64,000 bases of DNA from Macrostomum lignano (taxonomy: Eukaryota), in the NCBI GenBank assembly GCA_002269645.1, contig NIVC01003636.1, positions 22,500 through 86,499 on the forward strand. Direction: 5' to 3'. The notes beneath the pieces were generated by a model, which was given only the letters and a program-made list of their open reading frames with translations, made no database searches and was not told the origin of the DNA. Positions within the stretch are counted from its first letter, which is position 1; every line of letters begins with the position of its first letter. The position numbers were made by a program, and so were the translations under genes. Of the stretch, positions 60,816-64,000 are shown piece after piece.

Positions 60816-61546
60816 TGGACGGAGTTTATCGAGTTGTCCCAGTAACTCCAGTTGTCTCAGCGCTTCCAGTAGCCAATCAACAACAGCAACAGCAAATTCT
60901 GTTGAAGCAGAAGCAGCTCAAACAGCAGAGCCAACAGCGTCAGGAGAGCGCAGGCGAAATGTCTGACTCACTGTGGAAAAGCCAACACATAGACGAAGAC
61001 AATCTTGTCAGTCTCACCGATTCGCAACTCGATTCAGCTGACTGCCCGTCAGCCGCGGCAGACCAAGATGTTGCTCCTAAAGCAACAGAAGCAGCAGCAG
61101 AAGAGCAGCAGCGGTCTGTCCTCCGTGGCCGAGGCGAACGCCGACGCAGCAGGACCTTGCAGTGCCGCAGACCTCACCCAGCAGTACATGTACTACGCTG
61201 CGGATGAATCTTCAACATCACCCAGTGCTCCAGCTGCCGCTGCTGCTGCTGCTGCTGCAGTTTCATCGCCAATAGAAGTGGCCAGAGACGCCAGCGAATT
61301 CTTTGTTGAGCCTCAGCCCCAGCATCAGCTGATGCAGCAGCAGCCATCGTCGCTAGATGCTGTTAAACGACTCGACATAAGCGGCCCGTGGAGTATTCAA
61401 GAGCGTCGAAAGGTTCCGCCAGTAACGACACCTTTGACGAAGACGGTAGCAGTCAGACTGCAGCCGACCAGGCGTTCCGGCATTCCACCACGCCGTCGGA
61501 GCTGCTGTACGCGGAGAGCAAAGTGTACGACACCATCACTGTTGAG
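60816..61546 (+). pseudogene. Low-complexity Q/A-rich coding-like exon with two apparent frame switches
   Basis: aattttcag| ... GAG|gtgagg; ORFs 60800, 61005 and 61388 overlap in different frames. Confidence 0.5.
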
Positions 61547-62372
61547 GTGAGGAAGTGCTTCTTGAAAGCTTGCTGTAGTTTTTTAATTTAGCTAACATGC
61601 TTAAATGCTTAGCTTATATACTATATTATAGCAAAACTTAAAAACCATTTTTTTAATCTTTTCACTCACGGCTTTGGTATTGTTCAAGTGAGTTCTTCTC
61701 AAATCTAATCAAATCAAATCATACTACTTTACCATCATGTTGGCTAACAAACGGTACAGTGGCTTTTAGTTATAGTGCTGATTCGCTTCCTTGTAGTCAA
61801 TCGGATACTTGAAAAACTGGCCATGAAAGTATTTCTCCCAGTCGATGAATAGCTATCTACTGTGAAAAATTTTGGCTGCGGTCGATTTTCTTTTAAAAAG
61901 TCGCGTTTTAGGACCTACAGTATTCGTTGTGATTCTTGGGCTAGAGCCAAATGAGACATAAGCTTGGATAAGGTGGTGGGTGTAACGTGTTTACATTCTA
62001 ATGGCTTGAATTTGTACATGCAGATTAGGTAAATTCTAAAGTTAATCTGAGAATTGTCATAGAATTAATCTTTTTTACAATTAAACGTTTATTTTTCACG
62101 AATTTATTTTAAAAAACTTTAATAACAATTTAAAGTAAAAGTTTAACCAAATTTATAAAATAGCAGAGAGAAAAAATTAGCTTTGCTAAACAGAGTCTCA
62201 AAAATGAACTTGCCTACATGTGAGTCAATTGTTATTCTTGTTCTGATTTTTCTAGTTGTATTCTAAAATTAAAACGTATTAGAGAATACGACAGAAAAAG
62301 TGCAAAGAGATAAATAGAACTTGCTTAACATTGCATTTTTTATACAGTTCAGTTTCTAGCATATTTTACAGC

Positions 62373-62929
62373 TTAAGCATTGGCACCAGATACTTGAACT
62401 CGCCGTGAACCAAAAGCATGAATCAAATCCGGCGACTGCCAAGCGCTGTATCCTCGGCTAGTAAAAAATTCGATAATTGTTGCATTATCCAATCCCGACA
62501 TGTGCTGCGCTACCCATTCCATCTGCACTACGGTGAACTTGAACTTGGCGAATAAGTTACCAGATGTGCGCAGAAAGTCTGCCTCACCGCCTTCAACATC
62601 CAGCTTCATAACGATATTCTGCGTGCTGATGATGACTGAGCCCAGTTTCTCCGTTCTAACTGGCATAACGGGTATCGAGTCGCGCAAATCTTGGCCGAAT
62701 TTCGTCGCTCCACCGACGTTGCAGTCGCCGGGAAAGTTCAAGTAGGCCAGCTGATTGTCGAACGATATCCAGAATATTTTTGTCAAATGGGTGGAACAGC
62801 TTGCATAGCGGATAGCCGTCCAACGTTTTCTCGTAAGCTCTGACATTGCTGCATAGCGCGTCTCGATAGCTCGGGTGCAGAAATTTGATCTCACGCAACA
62901 CTTCGTAGAGTTTGCATCGCTTCTCTTCA
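62373..62929 (-). CDS. FkbM (Methyltransf_21)-like SAM-dependent methyltransferase, partial; antisense inside an intron
   Basis: NVGG...VMPVRTEKL...IVMKLDVEGGEADFL...VVQMEW...FFTSRGY matches the FkbM KiDVEG.E motif; N-terminal DxGANxG motif not recognisable. Confidence 0.6.
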
Positions 62930-63796
62930 GATTCAAAGCCGAAATAAATGTAGATTAGATATACAGCAAAGATTAAAACAGGCGGGGAAAAATGCCGCAA
63001 CTTGAAATTTTGCAGTAACTGTAGCGCATGATTACAGATTCTAACTAGTTGGACTTGCCGATCTCACTCAGAAAAGTTTAACTGAGTTCGCTCGTATTAA
63101 CCTCTTCATCTCCGTTCTAGTTGGGTGGTAAGCAGTGATTACCATAGACTATTTGACTTCTGACTGAGCCATAGATATTTTTTCTCTCCATTCCAATCAA
63201 TAGACTATTCAGCCAAGACTAGGGTAGAAAAATCAGCAAAACTACACATTTAAATACAGTTTAGACTGTTTTTAGACTGAAAGCACACTGGTCCCCGTAC
63301 CAGAGGGATGGATAGCGCGAACAGTATAACAAACGCGCTTTCTTCCTAGCCCCAGTCAGTTCAAACTTAGAAGCTGATCTGTCTCCTCATTCGTCTAGCT
63401 TTTTGTTAACAGCTTATCCAGTCTGGTTTGAGCCAACAACTAAACTAGTTCTCCGATAGCTTGAAATTATCTAAGCGGACGAAGTGTCTGAACTCATGAA
63501 ATTGGACGACGAAGACTACACCATCAGACTTTTAGAGGTTAATGAAACCTAAAAAAGACTCAATCATGGAGTGGGTGTGGCGTGCGTGAACTAATTAAAA
63601 ACGCTTAGGGCATTACTTCATCGGTATTTTTGCTTTTTAATGTAACTTTAAAAACATCGCCGGGCTAAATGTCGTAGCAATTTGGTAACTTCTGCTAAAT
63701 AACCACCACAACGCGCCTTTAAAACCCAATCTTAAGCTAACACCGGCAAAAGTGAGTGGGCTGCAGGCAACCAGTGTAACTACGAGTACAAATCAG

Positions 63797-64000
63797 CCTC
63801 AGACATCTACTCCGACAAACCAAGACGATTACAACCTCGAAGTCGCGACCGCAGCCGCAGCCGCAGCCTCTGCTTCATCTGCTGTTGAACGCAACAAAAG
63901 CCAACGATCAGCTTTATCTGACCAACCAACTTCTTTAGAGCTACGCGCAAAAAGTCCCAATCGGCCAGAGCAGCAACAGCAGCAACAGCATCATCATCAG
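63797..64000 (+). CDS. Next exon of the plus-strand low-complexity gene (runs off the window)
   Basis: caaatcag|CCT, phase 0 matches the 61546 donor; open PQTSTPTNQDDYNLEVATAAAAAAS...QQQQQQHHHQ. Confidence 0.55.

Noticed and set aside
62656-63000. 114-aa minus ORF with a hydrophobic N-terminus overlapping the FkbM-like ORF
   Set aside because: The alternative frame carries the FkbM motifs; the hydrophobic start looks like a polypyrimidine tract. A frameshifted N-terminus cannot be fully excluded.

Overview
Animal (metazoan) genomic DNA with GT-AG introns, poly-Q/poly-A coding tracts and AT-rich intergenic sequence. The style resembles a free-living flatworm such as Macrostomum, but that is inference only. 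Genes I could assemble by hand with consistent splice phases: (1) a minus-strand NCOA/SRC/Taiman-like PAS-PAS coactivator, 9 coding exons at 15991->425, continuing off the left edge, with no visible bHLH; (2) a minus-strand secreted PAN/Apple + F-type-lectin protein at 24023->23226; (3) a plus-strand chimaerin (SH2-C1-RhoGAP) at 41334-47321, with an intact DD34D mariner in its second intron; (4) a plus-strand gene with a degenerate galectin domain (55884-57618) followed by long Q/S/R-rich coding-like exons broken by frame switches, running off the right edge, with an antisense FkbM-type methyltransferase ORF in one intron. Nearly every long intron carries its own unrelated micro- or minisatellite. 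One array is built from the first ~18 nt (Pol III A-box) of an adjacent tRNA-derived SINE. The 28.7-36.8 kb interval is a nest of MITEs, including a triple-nested hAT > foldback > MULE-like structure. No CRISPR array, rRNA or intact tRNA gene was seen. Most long ORFs in the supplied track are artefacts of tandem repeats.
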